DNA of 64,000 bases from Podospora anserina (lineage: Eukaryota): assembly GCA_017654855.1 (NCBI GenBank), contig CM030337.1, forward strand, positions 3,596,001-3,660,000, given 5' to 3'. The notes beneath the pieces were generated by a model. The model did not search any database. It saw only the letters and a list, made by a program, of their open reading frames with translations, and had not been told where the DNA came from. Position 1 is the first letter of the stretch. Each line of letters begins with the position of its first letter. A program made the position numbers and the translations under genes. Shown here piece by piece: positions 37,150 through 49,986 of the stretch.

Positions 37150-38179
37150 CCTGAGCTCCGACTGATTTAGTTTGGATAAAGCGGCGAGGAGTCACGTGGC
37201 GAATTGAGACCAGATTCCGGTGTTGTTTCATCACCAACAACTCCCACGAAACCTCCAAAGCAATACAGAAAGCAACCCATTCTCTCGGCAAAGCCAGCAA
37301 CCCTGCTCTTCTTCTTTAAGCAGCTGTCTGTCACGTTCTTGTTGACTCTCTTCTCCCAATAAAGCCGCATCCTGTGGGAATGCTTTGGGGTGGGGAGCCC
37401 ACTCACGAGTTCAAAGATCTAAGTAAGTCCCTATGTCCAGCTTTGAGGTCTTGTTTTTTGTCACAACGAGCCACTGACCTTCGAGTTCTGTAGCCTCGAA
37501 GGCAAGACTGCTATCAAACACGGATATAATTGCAAGCTTGAAGCAGTATTCCTCACAGCTTCTTGTCCCCCTTTCGCCCAGCAGCCAAGAGGCTGTTTTC
37601 GCGGTTGTCCAACTGCGCAAAGAACTCGAAGCATTCTTACATCCAGCAACCTTTACCAGCGATGATAAGGAGCTTGAAACAATCTTCCGAGATGCCATCT
37701 CCCTCCAGGCCAGTCTCGCCCTCTAAACAGTCTAGTGGTACTGCGCCTATCCTGCCCATCGTCATGACCGCCCACCACACCACGGGATAACCTTTGACGA
37801 CACCACCATGGCAGGACGCCACCGTACCGCCAAATCCCACGCAAACCGCGTCACGTTGACCATCTCCCCCGCTCTGATAAAGCGAGGTGACTCCCGGGGC
37901 GATGACTTTAGCACGGAAAAAGTGGTTTGCCAGAGTGAAGTTATCCGCGGACACTCAACTAGACAGTATATTCACAAGCATATCGCTTCTGCGTTCAAGT
38001 TGGGTGGTATCAGTCGGTTGGCCAAGTGGATGATGTCAGTGTTTCAGCCAAAGGGGCAACGGGAACATAAGAGTGGCGAGGGTATTGTAAGGCGTTGGAG
38101 TACTGGGTTGATGGGTAGGAAGGGAACATCGAATGGGAAAAAAGAAGAGGAGGGGGAAGTGCAGTTGGTGAATACTTGA
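37150..38179 (+). pseudogene. Pseudogene of an uncharacterised fungal protein
   Basis: Continuous frame ...ELETIFRDAISLQASLAL*TV*WYCAYP...VTLTISPALIKRGDSRGDDF...VVCQSEVI with TAA/TAG at probable Gln codons; intron near 37422-37492. Confidence 0.6.
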
Positions 38180-38470
38180 GTATTGAACCCATCATCCATT
38201 CAGTGGAAACAAAGATAGCAAGGCATCTACTTACCTACATTCGGTGAAATGCTGCTGTTTCTCCTAGCTTTAGAAACCCACATGACAACATCTCGTAGAC
38301 TCGTCAGCAAGAATCCCATAAATGGCACTACCGTGACGTCTACCCGACAGCGACATTCCCGAAGAAGAATATGTGTATGTAAGGGAAACTCAACGTCTTT
38401 GTGGTGGCGCAGCCAGCTACCAGCAACTTGAGCTGACATTCCAAGCACAAACAATCACCAACACAAAGAA

Positions 38471-38544
38471 GCCCGTGTGGCGCAATTGGTTAGCGCGTCA
38501 GACTTTTAATCTGAATGTTGCGAGTTCGAGTCTCGCCATGGGCG
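38471..38544 (+). tRNA. tRNA-Lys (anticodon TTT)
   Basis: GCCCGTG/CATGGGC acceptor stem, D-loop TTGGTTA, anticodon arm TCAGA-CTTTTAA-TCTGA, T-loop GTTCGAG. Confidence 0.95.
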
Positions 38545-39043
38545 TTGTTGATGGAGATATTGTCTCCTCTTTTGCTGTCATCTTCTTTCTTTTGGCTTTG
38601 TTGATGGGTCATGTCTTTTTTTTTTGGCTGAAGCCATCTCTGGTGTTGCGTGACGAGGTTGGTGTCCAGTGAAGTGATGCAGGAACAAAACGCTGATGGC
38701 AATGGGTACAACCTCCAGAAAGTCATGCTGTGGAGTACATACAGTAGTAGGTACTTACTTATTGCTACAAGTGTATGGTACAACAGAAGAATGGCTAAAT
38801 CCGCTACTAGCTATTCACATGGTCACTATCACACGCGGGCGCGCATGGTCCCATATATAAGCTTGTAGAGCCTCCATCCCAAGCATGGCTAAGGTAGAAG
38901 AAAAGCGATGCGCCCAAGCCAGAATCTAACCCGGCCTCTTCCATGATGCACATCACTCTGCCTTCTTCTTTCCTTTGTGCGTTGCCTTGCCTTGCCCGTT
39001 CGTGAGACCTTTGGGCAGTCAAGCTCCAACCCCATAACCACCC

Positions 39044-40700
39044 TTAAACCTTCATCCCATTCTCCAACACTTTCCTCCCGCGATCATCATATACTATCGA
39101 GCTGAACGCCTCAAAGTCTTCCCCTTCCGCATCCAAAAGCCCCCCTTCATCCAGAACATCAGCCCCAAGCCTAGCATACAGTCCCTTCCCCGGCTTCGGC
39201 CACAATAACGTCAGTGGATCTTCCTCGTCCTCCTCCTCCTGCTGCCCAGCCGTCCGATCCTGGCTACCTCTCGCACTCCCATTGGACTGGACCTTTCTCA
39301 TAAAATTAATCTGTTGTCAACACCCTCGTTAGCAAGCTGAACATATCATCTCAAGGAGAGTAAAAGCAAAGAACCTTGACAAAGGAAAAAAAAGGATACC
39401 ATACCCCTTGCCCAGTAGGATTAGCATTCGCCCTCGTAAACAAACCTTCTGTTGTACCCCCGGCAAACAGCCCCCTCGGCGCACCACTCGCGTCAACCCC
39501 CGTGTCCACCACCGGACTAGGGAAAATTGGCAAATCAGGATGAAGCTCCAAGCTCGTCATCAACAAACCAACAAGCTCCTGTGCTGGCAAGGTAGACAAG
39601 TACGCTCTCTTCTGCTGGACGCTCTTCCCAGCCCAGCTCTCCTTCTTTGGCGGCCCCCTGTGAACATGCTCTTGCTTCAGCTTCTTCGCATGACTGCCCT
39701 GTCTTTCCTTCTTGGCGGCACACTCCGAGCAGAACCAGTTCTTGCTCGTGTTCTTGACGATGTCATCTGACACGAACGGGTCGTGACAGTACTGATGCCA
39801 GCCCGCATCACACCCGTCGCAGAAAACAATCTGGTTGCTGCTCGGGGAGTGCATCCTGCTGCACTTCTTGCAGAGAGCCTGCTCGGCGGTCCGCTTGCCG
39901 TAGTGGACTCGTTTCTTGGTGGCCGCTTCCATGGCTGCTGGGTTGTAGGCGTCGGGCTTCTGAACCTGCCTACCGGATTTGGTCATGGTGGCGGTTGGGG
40001 TGCTGTCACCACCACCGCCGGCTGAGAAGGGGCCATTGCCGGTGCTGGCGGTGGTAGGGGTTTCTACTTCTGAATCCGAGTCGGAGATGCCGCTGTTATC
40101 TGCTGACTGGCCTTTGAGGCGCTGGCGATGTTTGTTACTATGGCCGGTGGCCCGACTGTTGGGTTTGCCTTTGGCTTTCTTGACTTTGCTATCGGAGGAG
40201 AGGACCTTTGGGGCAGTAGAGGACTTGGTAGGGGTATTCTTGGAGGAGCCGGTAAGGCCAGCGGTGATTTTACGGATGGCACTCATGCCGGAGGTGCTCT
40301 TGGTGGATGGCGGGATAGCTAGTGAGGGCGCTGGCAATGGCACAGAGGGAGCTCTCATGGAGAGTGGTGCAGTGGCAGGCATTTGCATGGACATCTGGGA
40401 TGATGTGTTCATGCTCATGACCAGTCTTCTCTTGACATCCTCATATGTGGCTGAGGGGATGCTCGCCGTGATAGACGGTGAGCGAGAGGCCTGCGAAAGG
40501 GCCGCTCCGAGATTACTAGGCTCTCCTTTCAGTCGCTTGAGAATCATCTGAGTAGCCGCTGAGAACTGAGGGATGTATGCTGCCGAGGGACCGGTGCTGG
40601 GAGCACGCGGTGTCAACCCAATCGCCCGGGATGGAGTGGTCTTGGGGGCATCTTTCGGCGCGTCGACAGTCCCTTCTTTTGGCTTCTCTGAACTAGACAT
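39044..40700 (-). CDS. PHD-finger protein (Phf1/Phf2-like), one intron near the 3' end
   Basis: TKSGRQVQKP motif and C4HC3 PHD: CKKC...IVFCDGCDAGWHQYCH...WFCSEC. Confidence 0.85.
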
Positions 40701-41136
40701 GATGATGACCTGTGGTAACACCTGCTTTGTTAGAGATTGGTCGAAAGAGTCGGGTTGCGACCTTAAGCCGAAAGTAGCCCAGAAAACAAGTTGTGCATAA
40801 ATAAAATGTATAACTGAAGACAGATGCCTCCCTTGTATCGTCTGCAGTGTTGGAAGGTGTTCTTGGTGATATTCCGATTATTTCGTTGTGAAGGTGTCGG
40901 TTAGCAGAGTCGCAACAAGATGCTTGGAATAATTCACTGAATGGTCTGATGATGGAAGTCGCGGTGCTGGAACTTGGTGGTCCGTTCTTCTGAGGCACGT
41001 GGCTGTCACGTGCATTACCCTAACCCGCAAGGCCATCATGAACTTTTACACGCCTCCTGATTTGACAAGCCGGACATCACGAGTTGTTCAAAGAAATCTA
41101 TGAGAAAACTATATGAATGGGTGGCTCATGTCGTCT

Positions 41137-42700
41137 CTATCTAACCACACCACTTTCTCGCAGTGCTTGGATTTGGTTGTCATCCATACCAAGATGCTCT
41201 CTCAAGATCTCATTGGTATTTTGTCCGAGAGTCGGTGGTGGTGTTCGTACTCTCGGCTTACTGTGGGAGTATTTGATCGGTGTGTTGACCAGCTTGATGG
41301 GACCGCAATCCCCATGTTCCACTTCCACCACCATATTCCTTGCCTGTGTATGCTCATGGGTTAACGTAGTCAGGACATCATTGACAGCAGCATAAGGCAT
41401 GCCCTTGCCCTCAAAGATATCAAGCCACTCCTGTGTTGTTTTTGTTACCGTGATTTTCTCAATCTCGGCTTCTAGCTCATTCCGGTGTGCTACCCTGGAA
41501 GCATTGATCTTATACCTTTCATCTTCCTTCCACTCTGGACGACCAAGGCCATCGCAAAGAATTCCGAACAAACGATCATTTCCACCACCAAAGAGGATAT
41601 CACCATCTTTTGTCTCAAAAGACTTGTAAGGGACAATAGAGGCTAGCAGAGGTCAGAAGGAGATACTACAATGGTTTGAACATGTAAAACTTACGATGAG
41701 CTGTGCCCCATCGGCCGGTATCCTTCTCCCCACTGATTAAGCTGCTGCTGGCAATATTTGCCAAAGTTGCAGTCTGACAGTCACTCAGTGCAGCGTCAAT
41801 ATGCTGGCCTTTTCCAGTTTTGGCTCGGGCGAGCAGTGCAGCCATAATGCTGTTGCTTGTGTACAGGCCTGTTGTCAGGTCTGTTACTGCAACACCAACC
41901 TTGACTGGAGGGCCGTCTCTGGCGCCAGTGATATGCATCAGACCAAATTCGGCTTCTACCATCACATCGTAGCCGGCACGCTTGGAGTAAGGCCCGTTTT
42001 GGCCATATCCTGTGATGGAGGCATAGATAAGAGCTGGGTTGATCTTGTGGATGGTTTCAAAGTCCAGTCCATACTTCTTGAGCGCTCCTGGTATGTAATT
42101 CTCGACGAGAATATCACACTTGGCAGCTAGCTTATGAAGGATTTCGATCCCGGCTGGGTCTTGAAATGACAGGGCCAGGGACTTCTTGTTGCGGTTAACC
42201 TAAAGACAAATCAGCCTTCAATTCTCCTGAGCGGCATCCTGATCCAAAGACCTACCCCGAGAAAGTAGGCAGACTCCCCAGGCCCTTCAAGAGCTGAGCC
42301 AGACTTGTAGCTTGCATATGGAGGTCCCCAAGCCCTGGTGTCATCGCCTCTGACCGGATGCTCAATTTTGATGACTTCTGCTCTCAACTGGTGTTAGTCC
42401 GGGTTTCCAATTCGGAAGCGGGCAGTACTTACCCGAGGTCACCCAGGATTTGTGTACAGTAGGGCTACAAGAAACACATATGAATAAGTCTCATGCTTTG
42501 ACGCCTTGAGCTTGGAGGAGTCTTACACCGGCGAGAACTCTGGTCATATCCAACACACGGTATCCCTCGAGTGGAAGAGTGACGTCTCCCAAAGCTGCCG
42601 AGCCGGAGAACGTTCGGAAGGCTCCCGGGCCGGGTCCGAAACGCCGGCCCGTTCCGCGGAGCTGCAGGAGAGCACGGGGGACGCCAAGTATGCGGCTCAT
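41137..42700 (-). CDS. CoA-transferase family III (CaiB/BaiF), mitochondrial, multi-intron
   Basis: [55 protein letters not shown]; Arg-rich presequence. Confidence 0.92.
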
Positions 42701-43427
42701 TTTGAGAATTGAACAACTGAGGGATTCGATTTGTCGAGAAATGCAAACAAGACAACTTCCACAATGTGTGGTCGATGGAAAGGTCCATAAGGACCATTAT
42801 CCCTGGTGCTGGCAGCACTGGTGCCACTGGCGGGGCTGAAGATCCCCCGCAGCAAGCCGGAACTGCACTGAGCTCCGCAGCAACACGATCATGAATGACA
42901 GTTGACCGAGGGTAAAGCCAGAACCTCGGTATTTGACTCATGAACTCTCCAAGACATGAGAGAGACTCCATTTCATACCCCAAAAAATCATGGTCTTAAA
43001 AGAGGGCAGCAGTGACATCTGCATAACACAGCGGGAACAAGGACATGGACTTGAAGCAAGGAAGCTGTGGAACGGTCCAAGTGGGGCGGTAATTCCTCGG
43101 CAAGCAACCCCACCATGGATCCCGTCAGGTCCCTAGTGACCCTCTGCGCTGCGTAACCATGAACGGGACTGTTGGGGCCCGCTAAAACACCAGGCCAACC
43201 CAGCAATTCAGTGACAGCTGTTCGCGCAGTAAACCAGTAAGTCCAACAGATGCGTGTTTATCATCCAATACCCCGTCGCTGTGATAACTAGCTGCCCAAT
43301 CACGACAACCCTCGTCCCTGAGCCCCCCTTGCGCGCCCGACGCCTAGCTCCTGAAGTTCAACGCCCGAAACTGACACCTCGACTGGAACCGCTGCCTTAC
43401 ACGTCGAAGACCTTACGGCTCCCTTGC

Positions 43428-45867
43428 ATGTCTCCCCATAATCAAGGAGAGAGCTCCCATGCCCAAGATGACGGGATAGCCAGAGGCGACCTGCCAACGG
43501 CCGGTCAAAGTGCTGATCAGGGCGCTGCATCGAATGAACCTCCAACCCCAGCCCCGGCAAGCGCTGCCGTGGAAGAGGACCTTCTAGACTCGGGTAATCA
43601 GGACTCCCAAGAAACTGGGGACGGCACGGTGGAATCATCGACTCTCAGGCAGGACAAGGGAAAGCAGTCGTCGTCTCTTGACGATTCGAATGACCTGATG
43701 TCATCTATCGCTACGCTAAAGCCGGCTACTTCGCCAACTACCACGACTGCCACCCAGTATCTCACCATCGAATCCCGGACATACAAAGACCCTACCCCGC
43801 CGACGCCGGCCCCTTCTCAACCTCCTTCCCGAGCACCCTCGACGGCAGCAACTTCACGCTCAAGACATGGATCTTCAGAACCATCACCTACTAGGTCTGA
43901 TGTTGGTTACGACGAGAAACGATATACCAGCGAAGATGAACAAGAAAGCGGGTCAAGATCAGAAATTCAGAGCATCATGGAACAGTTCAGCGAGGAAGGC
44001 GGGGGTCCAGGGGTAGAAGAGGTCATGAGTCCACGGCTGGAGATGGCATCGCCTCTTCTTGGAAGCCCAATGTCTCACCCACCACGGAAATCAAGCTTGG
44101 AGCCTCTCACTCCTAGTCTTGCTCAGCAGTTACAAGAAGGTATACAGGGGCTACGCATATCAGGGTCGTCACCGTCAGACACACGTGGGAAGGACAAGGA
44201 AGACTTTGGACCGCCTGTTCCGCCAAAGAACGATTCAATGTACCCCGCCAGTCCAGGGCGTTCGCAGGATGATCTTCGAGGCAACGTGGACTCGCCAATG
44301 TCGCCGAGTACTCTCCATCGCCCTCCACCCCCAGAGCCCGAACCTGAACCGACGTTGCCATTTGATTTCCACCGATTCTTGGAACAGTTGCGCAATAAGA
44401 AAGCCGATCCTGTTGCCAGATATTTAAAGTCTTTCTTGTCCGAGTTTGGAAAACGGCAATGGATGGTACATGAGCAGGTCAAGATAATTAGTGATTTCCT
44501 CACATTTATCGCCAACAAGATGGGCCAGTGCGAGGTCTGGCGCGACGTGTCCGATGCCGAATTTGACAATGCCCGCGAAGGCATGGAGAAACTTGTCATG
44601 AACCGCCTTTACAGCCAGACCTTTTCGCCCGCGATTCCACCGCCACAGCCAATCCCAGGAGCGAAGCCAAGGAGACGTGGCGGGGAGCGCCCGATGGGCC
44701 CTGGACGGCGGGGACAGCACCAGGAGGATGTTGAGCGTGACGAGATTCTTGCTCAAAAGATCAACATCTATAGTTGGGTACGAGAAGACCACTTGGATAT
44801 TCCACCTGTTAATGAAAGTGGCAAGCGGTTCTTGAAGCTCGCTCAGCAAGAGTTGTTGAAGATCAAGTCGTACCGGGCGCCGAGGGACAAGATCATTTGT
44901 GTATTGAACTGCTGCAAAGTCATATTCGGTATGTTTGTTTGTGCTAGATTGTCTCGATCTTTGCTGACACCACACAGGCTTGCTTAAACACGCAAAATCC
45001 GACTCCTCGGCTGACTCGTTTATGCCCATGTTAATCTACGTTGTCCTTCACGCAAATCCCGAGCATCTTGTTTCCAATGTCCAGTACATCCTAAGGTTCC
45101 GCAATCAAGAAAAGCTTGGTGGCGAAGCCGGGTACTATCTTTCTTCGTTGATGGGAGCTATTCAGTTCATCGAGAACATGGACCGAACGACATTAACTAT
45201 TACTGACGAGGAATTCGAACAAAACGTCGAGGCTGCTGTGTCTGCCATCGCCGAGAGGCACCGTGCCGAGTCTCCACCACCTCCTCCGCCTCAGTCTGAG
45301 AAGTCTTCAGCATTGAAAGCACCGTCTGCGGGTCGTGTTTCAGCTGACACGGACGCGTCTCTTCGTCCAGATACCCCACGTCGTTCTATGTCGTCGAACG
45401 AAGGCCGTGATAGCGGTGAATACAGCGGGAATGATGAAAAGGCGGCCATCACCGGCCTTCTCCGGACGATTCAAAGACCACTCAGTACCATAGGCCGCAT
45501 CTTCTCGGACGAGCCCTCGTCTTCGGAACCCAGTACGAGCATTGCCTCGCCAGCTCGGACGCCTATGCCAGAGAGACCTGATGGTGATGCCCGTCGGCAA
45601 AGGCTGTCTGCCGAGGAGGCAGCTGCTCGGCAAGCCAGTGCCGAGACAGCTGAGGCTCAGCGGCTACACCGAGCAGAACATGCCAATATCGTCGAGACGC
45701 TGGCTGGCATGTTTCCAGATCTTGACAAAGATATCATCAGCGATGTCGTTTACCAAAAGGAGGGAAGGTAAGGATCTCCCAGCCCACCACCCAGGCTTTA
45801 CTGTGAAACTGACATCGTTCTCAGGGTTGGGCTGGCGGTTGATGCCTGCCTTGCTTTATCGTCATGA
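43428..45867 (+). CDS. VPS9: Vps9 Rab5 GEF with C-terminal CUE domain (2 introns)
   Basis: FDFHRFLEQLR, EGMEKLVMNRLY, APRDKIICVLNCCKVIFG, SADSFMPMLIYVVL, GEAGYYLSSL; CUE TLAGMFPDLDKDII...AVDACLALS. Confidence 0.95.
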
Positions 45868-46228
45868 TTGGAGGGTAGAGGACTTTCAGGAAATTCAGCG
45901 TTACAGTCACACGAAGGAGGACTCAGTCGTCCTATTTTTCAATTATTCTCATCTTTTCCTTGTTAGCGAGCATAAGACGGGGAGGTTACTTATTCCCACA
46001 ATTTATGCATTTGGTGGTTAGACGCCAGGGTGGGTGGCTGACAGAAAGTACGGTAGTAATATCTAGGCCCGGCCGATACTGATTAATTTTTAAACACACT
46101 GAGCAGTCTGCCGTTTATTTGAGTGACTTGGTGTCGTAATGCAACAGAGAGCTGTAGAGATGGGGAAAAGAGTGAACAGTGAGTGTATTGTGTAGGCTAG
46201 ATCCGCCACAAAATTCCATCAAGCAACA

Positions 46229-46300
46229 AGCTGCGTGGCGCAGCGGAAGCGCGCCGGGCTCATAACCCGGAGGTCACTCGATCGAAACGAGTCGCAGCTA
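46229..46300 (+). tRNA. Initiator tRNA-Met (anticodon CAT)
   Basis: A1:T72 pair, anticodon arm CCGGG-CTCATAA-CCCGG, initiator-type T-loop GATCGAAA; oligo-T Pol III terminator about 10 nt downstream. Confidence 0.97.
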
Positions 46301-46625
46301 GCTTGTTCCCTTTTTTTGCACTTTTTGCTCTTTGACCCTGGAAGTCATCCTCGACTCTAGTTTGCATCATTTCGAAGTTTTTTTTCTCTCGCTTCATCTT
46401 CGTTGCAGCAGTCGAACAAGGTCTTCCAAATTCGTCGACCTTTTTTTTTTTTTTGATGTTGGAGCGCAGCTGGTGTTCTCACTGCTGACTCATCCACCCA
46501 CCTACCCACCAGAATCTTATCTCCACACCGCGATGTCACCCGGCCTTCAACTTCTTGTCGTTTCCACCACACGACTTGCTTTTTTTTAATCACACAACCA
46601 AACTGAACGAAATAAGGCCGCGAGA

Positions 46626-48466
46626 ATGTGCGGTATTCACGCCGTCATCTCCCCCTCTTCTTGTTCACTCCCCGAAATCTCCCCGGAGTTGCACCAGAAT
46701 CTTGTCAACCGCGGACCGGACTATTTCGGGCAGGTTACGCGGGAATCGTCGGATGGGAGATGGAAGTTGCGGTTTACGTCTACTGTTTTGGCTTTGAGGG
46801 GCGACCGTGTCACGAAGCAGCCACTGCATGATGACAGTGGGAGCGGGGGTGGGAATGTGTTGTGCTGGAATGGGGAGGGGTGGAAGTTTATGGGGGAAGT
46901 AATTGGGGAACATGAGAATGACGGGGAGGTTATTTACCGAGGGTTGAAAGAGGCGAGGTCGGTGGAGGAGGTGATGGGGGTTTGGAGGGGGGTTGAGGGG
47001 CCTTTTGCGTTTGTTTTTTATTGTGAGGCGCTGCAAAGGGTGTTTTGGGGACGGGATCGGTTGGGGAGACGGTCGTTGATGGTGAGGAGGTTGGAGGGGG
47101 GAGCGGTGGTGTTGGGGAGTATTGCGGATGGGGAGGGGAAGTGGGAGGAGGTGGAGGCTGATGGGGTTTATTCTCTTGGGTTGGGAGATGGGGTAGCGAG
47201 GAGGCATGATTGGGTTGAGGAGGGGGAGAACTTTGTAAGTGCAAAATTCTGTCCTGGTGGGAGCTTGGGGTTGTGAGAGGGGGAGACGGGGTTGTCGAGC
47301 TTACTTTTGCAGGTGTCTAGCATCGGGGTATTTAACAAGGCGCTGCCATCTCCTGAGGGAGAGACGCCGCTGACGCGCGCGTCACCTTCTGTTCGGGCGC
47401 TCAAGGACCAGCTGGTTGAATCGCTCAAGTTGAGGGTGCTAAATATTCCCAACCCGCCATCCAGTGGAACAGGCAAGACCCGCGTTGCGGTACTGTTTTC
47501 CGGTGGCCTGGATTGTACCGTCCTGGCGAGACTATGCCACGATATCCTGGAGCCTCACCAAGAAATTGATCTCCTCAATGTTGGCTTTGAGAATCCGAGA
47601 GTGGGGGCCCGGCTGAAAAAAGAGGCCAACGGCAAAGAGGTGGACTTGTACGAGGCTTGCCCGGACAGGATCACGGGAAGGAAGTCCTTCGCCGAGTTGA
47701 AGAATGTCTGTCCCGGGCGAGTCTTTCGGTTTGTCGCTGTGCGTGGTCTTCTGCAACTGGATTTTACGCCCTTGATTGCTGACTATCACAGGTAAATGTC
47801 CCCTACTCAAAATTGCAGGCCCACCGGCAGCAAATCATTTCCCTCATCCATCCTCACAATACTGTGATGGACCTTTCCATCGCATGCGCGCTTTACTTTG
47901 CCGCCCGAGGCCAAGGGTCAGTCAGATCAGAGAGTCCAGATCCGGACTCTGAGCCCTCACCTGTTTCGTACACATCGCCCGCGCGCGTCCTGCTTTCTGG
48001 CCTCGGCGCTGATGAGCTATTTGGTGGTTACTCGCGCCATGCTGCAGCTTTCCAGCAGGACGGATACACAGGGCTTGTGAAAGAGCTCCTGCGGGACGTA
48101 AGCCGCCTGGCCGAGAGAAATCTCGGGAGGGATGATAGAGTCATGGCCCATTGGGGCAAGGAGGTAAGATTTCCGTTTCTGGACGAACGTCTGGTCAAGT
48201 GGGCCATCGCAACGCCTGCGTGGGAGAAGTGTGATTTTGAAAGGGAGGAAGAGAAGAGCGGTGTTGAAGCTGCAAAGAGAGTCCTGCGTCTTCTGGCGAT
48301 GGAGTTGGGCATGGAGGGTGTTGCGAAGGAAAAGAAGCGAGCTGTAAGTTGGCTCGGTCTAGTGCATGATATGAAAGCTTTGCTAATTTGACGGCAGATT
48401 CAGTTCGGCTCGAGGACAGCCAAGATGGAGAGCGGCCGTGACAAAGGGACAGCACTCTTGTCGTAG
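46626..48466 (+). CDS. Asparagine synthetase domain-containing protein (ASNSD1/YML096W-like), 3 introns
   Basis: MCGI start, RGPD, LCWNGE, GRDRLGRRSL, VLFSGGLDC, LSGLGADELFGGY, RNLGRDDRV, KKRA|IQFGSRTAK. Confidence 0.92.
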
Positions 48467-49986
48467 GTTTACTGATGACCAGTGCCATGCAATTGCTGGT
48501 AGACATGGACTGTCGGTGATGATACATTACAGATACTTCTGAGTCCGGTCTCGACAGGCGCAAATCTTTTGGGGTTGAGTCTTGTGGTTTCCTCGGAAGC
48601 CCTTGCTCTCCTGATTGCGAGTCTGCATCGCTGCATCGTGCACAGTGAAGTCAAAAGGCAAATCTGAGCCAGTCCATGTCTAGTGTTCTTGCTAGGTAAC
48701 GCCGAAGTTGCGGTTGTTAGAGAAGCGTTTGCATTAACTTGGCAATCAGCTAGCGCGAAATGGGATGGAGTTTTCACTTCTTTTTGTTCCATAAACTGGG
48801 AAACAGGAGCCGATGGAGAATGAGATGATGACAAAATGAAGATGGTTGTCCCGAATGTCCAAGCACGCCGCATGTGTTGGCCCTGCCATTGCCGGGTGTA
48901 TCAGATCGCCGCAAGGGGTCCGGGTCGAGGTGCCGACTTCGTATCACTGTCGCCAGCATCAAAACAGGTTGTCCTCAGCTCCGTGACTCCACGATGAGAT
49001 AGCCGTGTTTGCGGCTCTGCAGAGAAGAATGTGCAAATTCTCAACTGTTCGGATGACCGTTGCAGGTCATGGATGGCCCCTGGTTTTCCCCAGGTTAGTG
49101 AGGTTGTTCTTCCCCGGCATTTTGAGCGTGTGATCGAGTCTGGACTCGCTTCTGCGGTCCACCCGTTTTCCCCTGCAGCAGCCCGCTGACAGGGTTTGGG
49201 ATAGCCCTGGTCTCGCACCGGCCTTGCTGCCTTATTTATCCGTTTAAGCCTCGGCAGGGACCCTGAACCATTCAACGATGGCCTCCATCACATCGACAGG
49301 GTTGCATTGAGTCCCGTATTTGGTTGGGGATGAAGAAGCTGAAGGTGTTCCGCTCCTTTTCTCTCCTTTCTGTCCAATTCAATGCGCGCGCCAAGTTGGG
49401 AGAGTTTCGTGTGTCTTGTTTTTTGTTTTGCCAGTCTCCTCGTTCCTCATCAGCTCTCGATTGCAAATTGAAGAAGTCGTCTTTGGTGACTGTTCGCCCA
49501 ATCCACCTTTACGATTTGGGAATCCGCATTTCTAGCGCAACGAAACGGGCACGAAAAGCTGCATCTATTTGCTCGCATGGGTGTTAGGGCACCCCGCCAC
49601 CTGCTGCTCGTCACCGTTGGGGCTTTTTTCTTTCTGCTGGGTTCGTCACGAGACGTTCCCAGCTGTCAGTTCATATCAACGACCAACCCCCCCTCCCCTG
49701 AGTGGCAGAGACTTCCACGCCGCATCTCAACTACCAACGTTTTGTGCTATTGTCAGAGGAGTGCAGGTTATTTTGATACCTGACCTGGGGAAGACCCAAC
49801 GTTCGGTGGGACCGAACCGTTGTGTTGGTAACGCAACTGGTTTCCGGATCGGACGATTGGAATTCACGCGCATGGAATTACGGGACGAGGTTTATGTTTG
49901 GGTTTTGTTGGGGCGACGACGATCTAGTATGAGGGAATTCGGAACGGTATATTGAAGCATATATATACGAAAGGGCAACAGACACC

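Noticed and set aside
13194-38200. Intact Starship or Spok block
   Set aside because: No DUF3435 tyrosine recombinase, no full-length Spok-like ORF and no bounding direct repeats seen.
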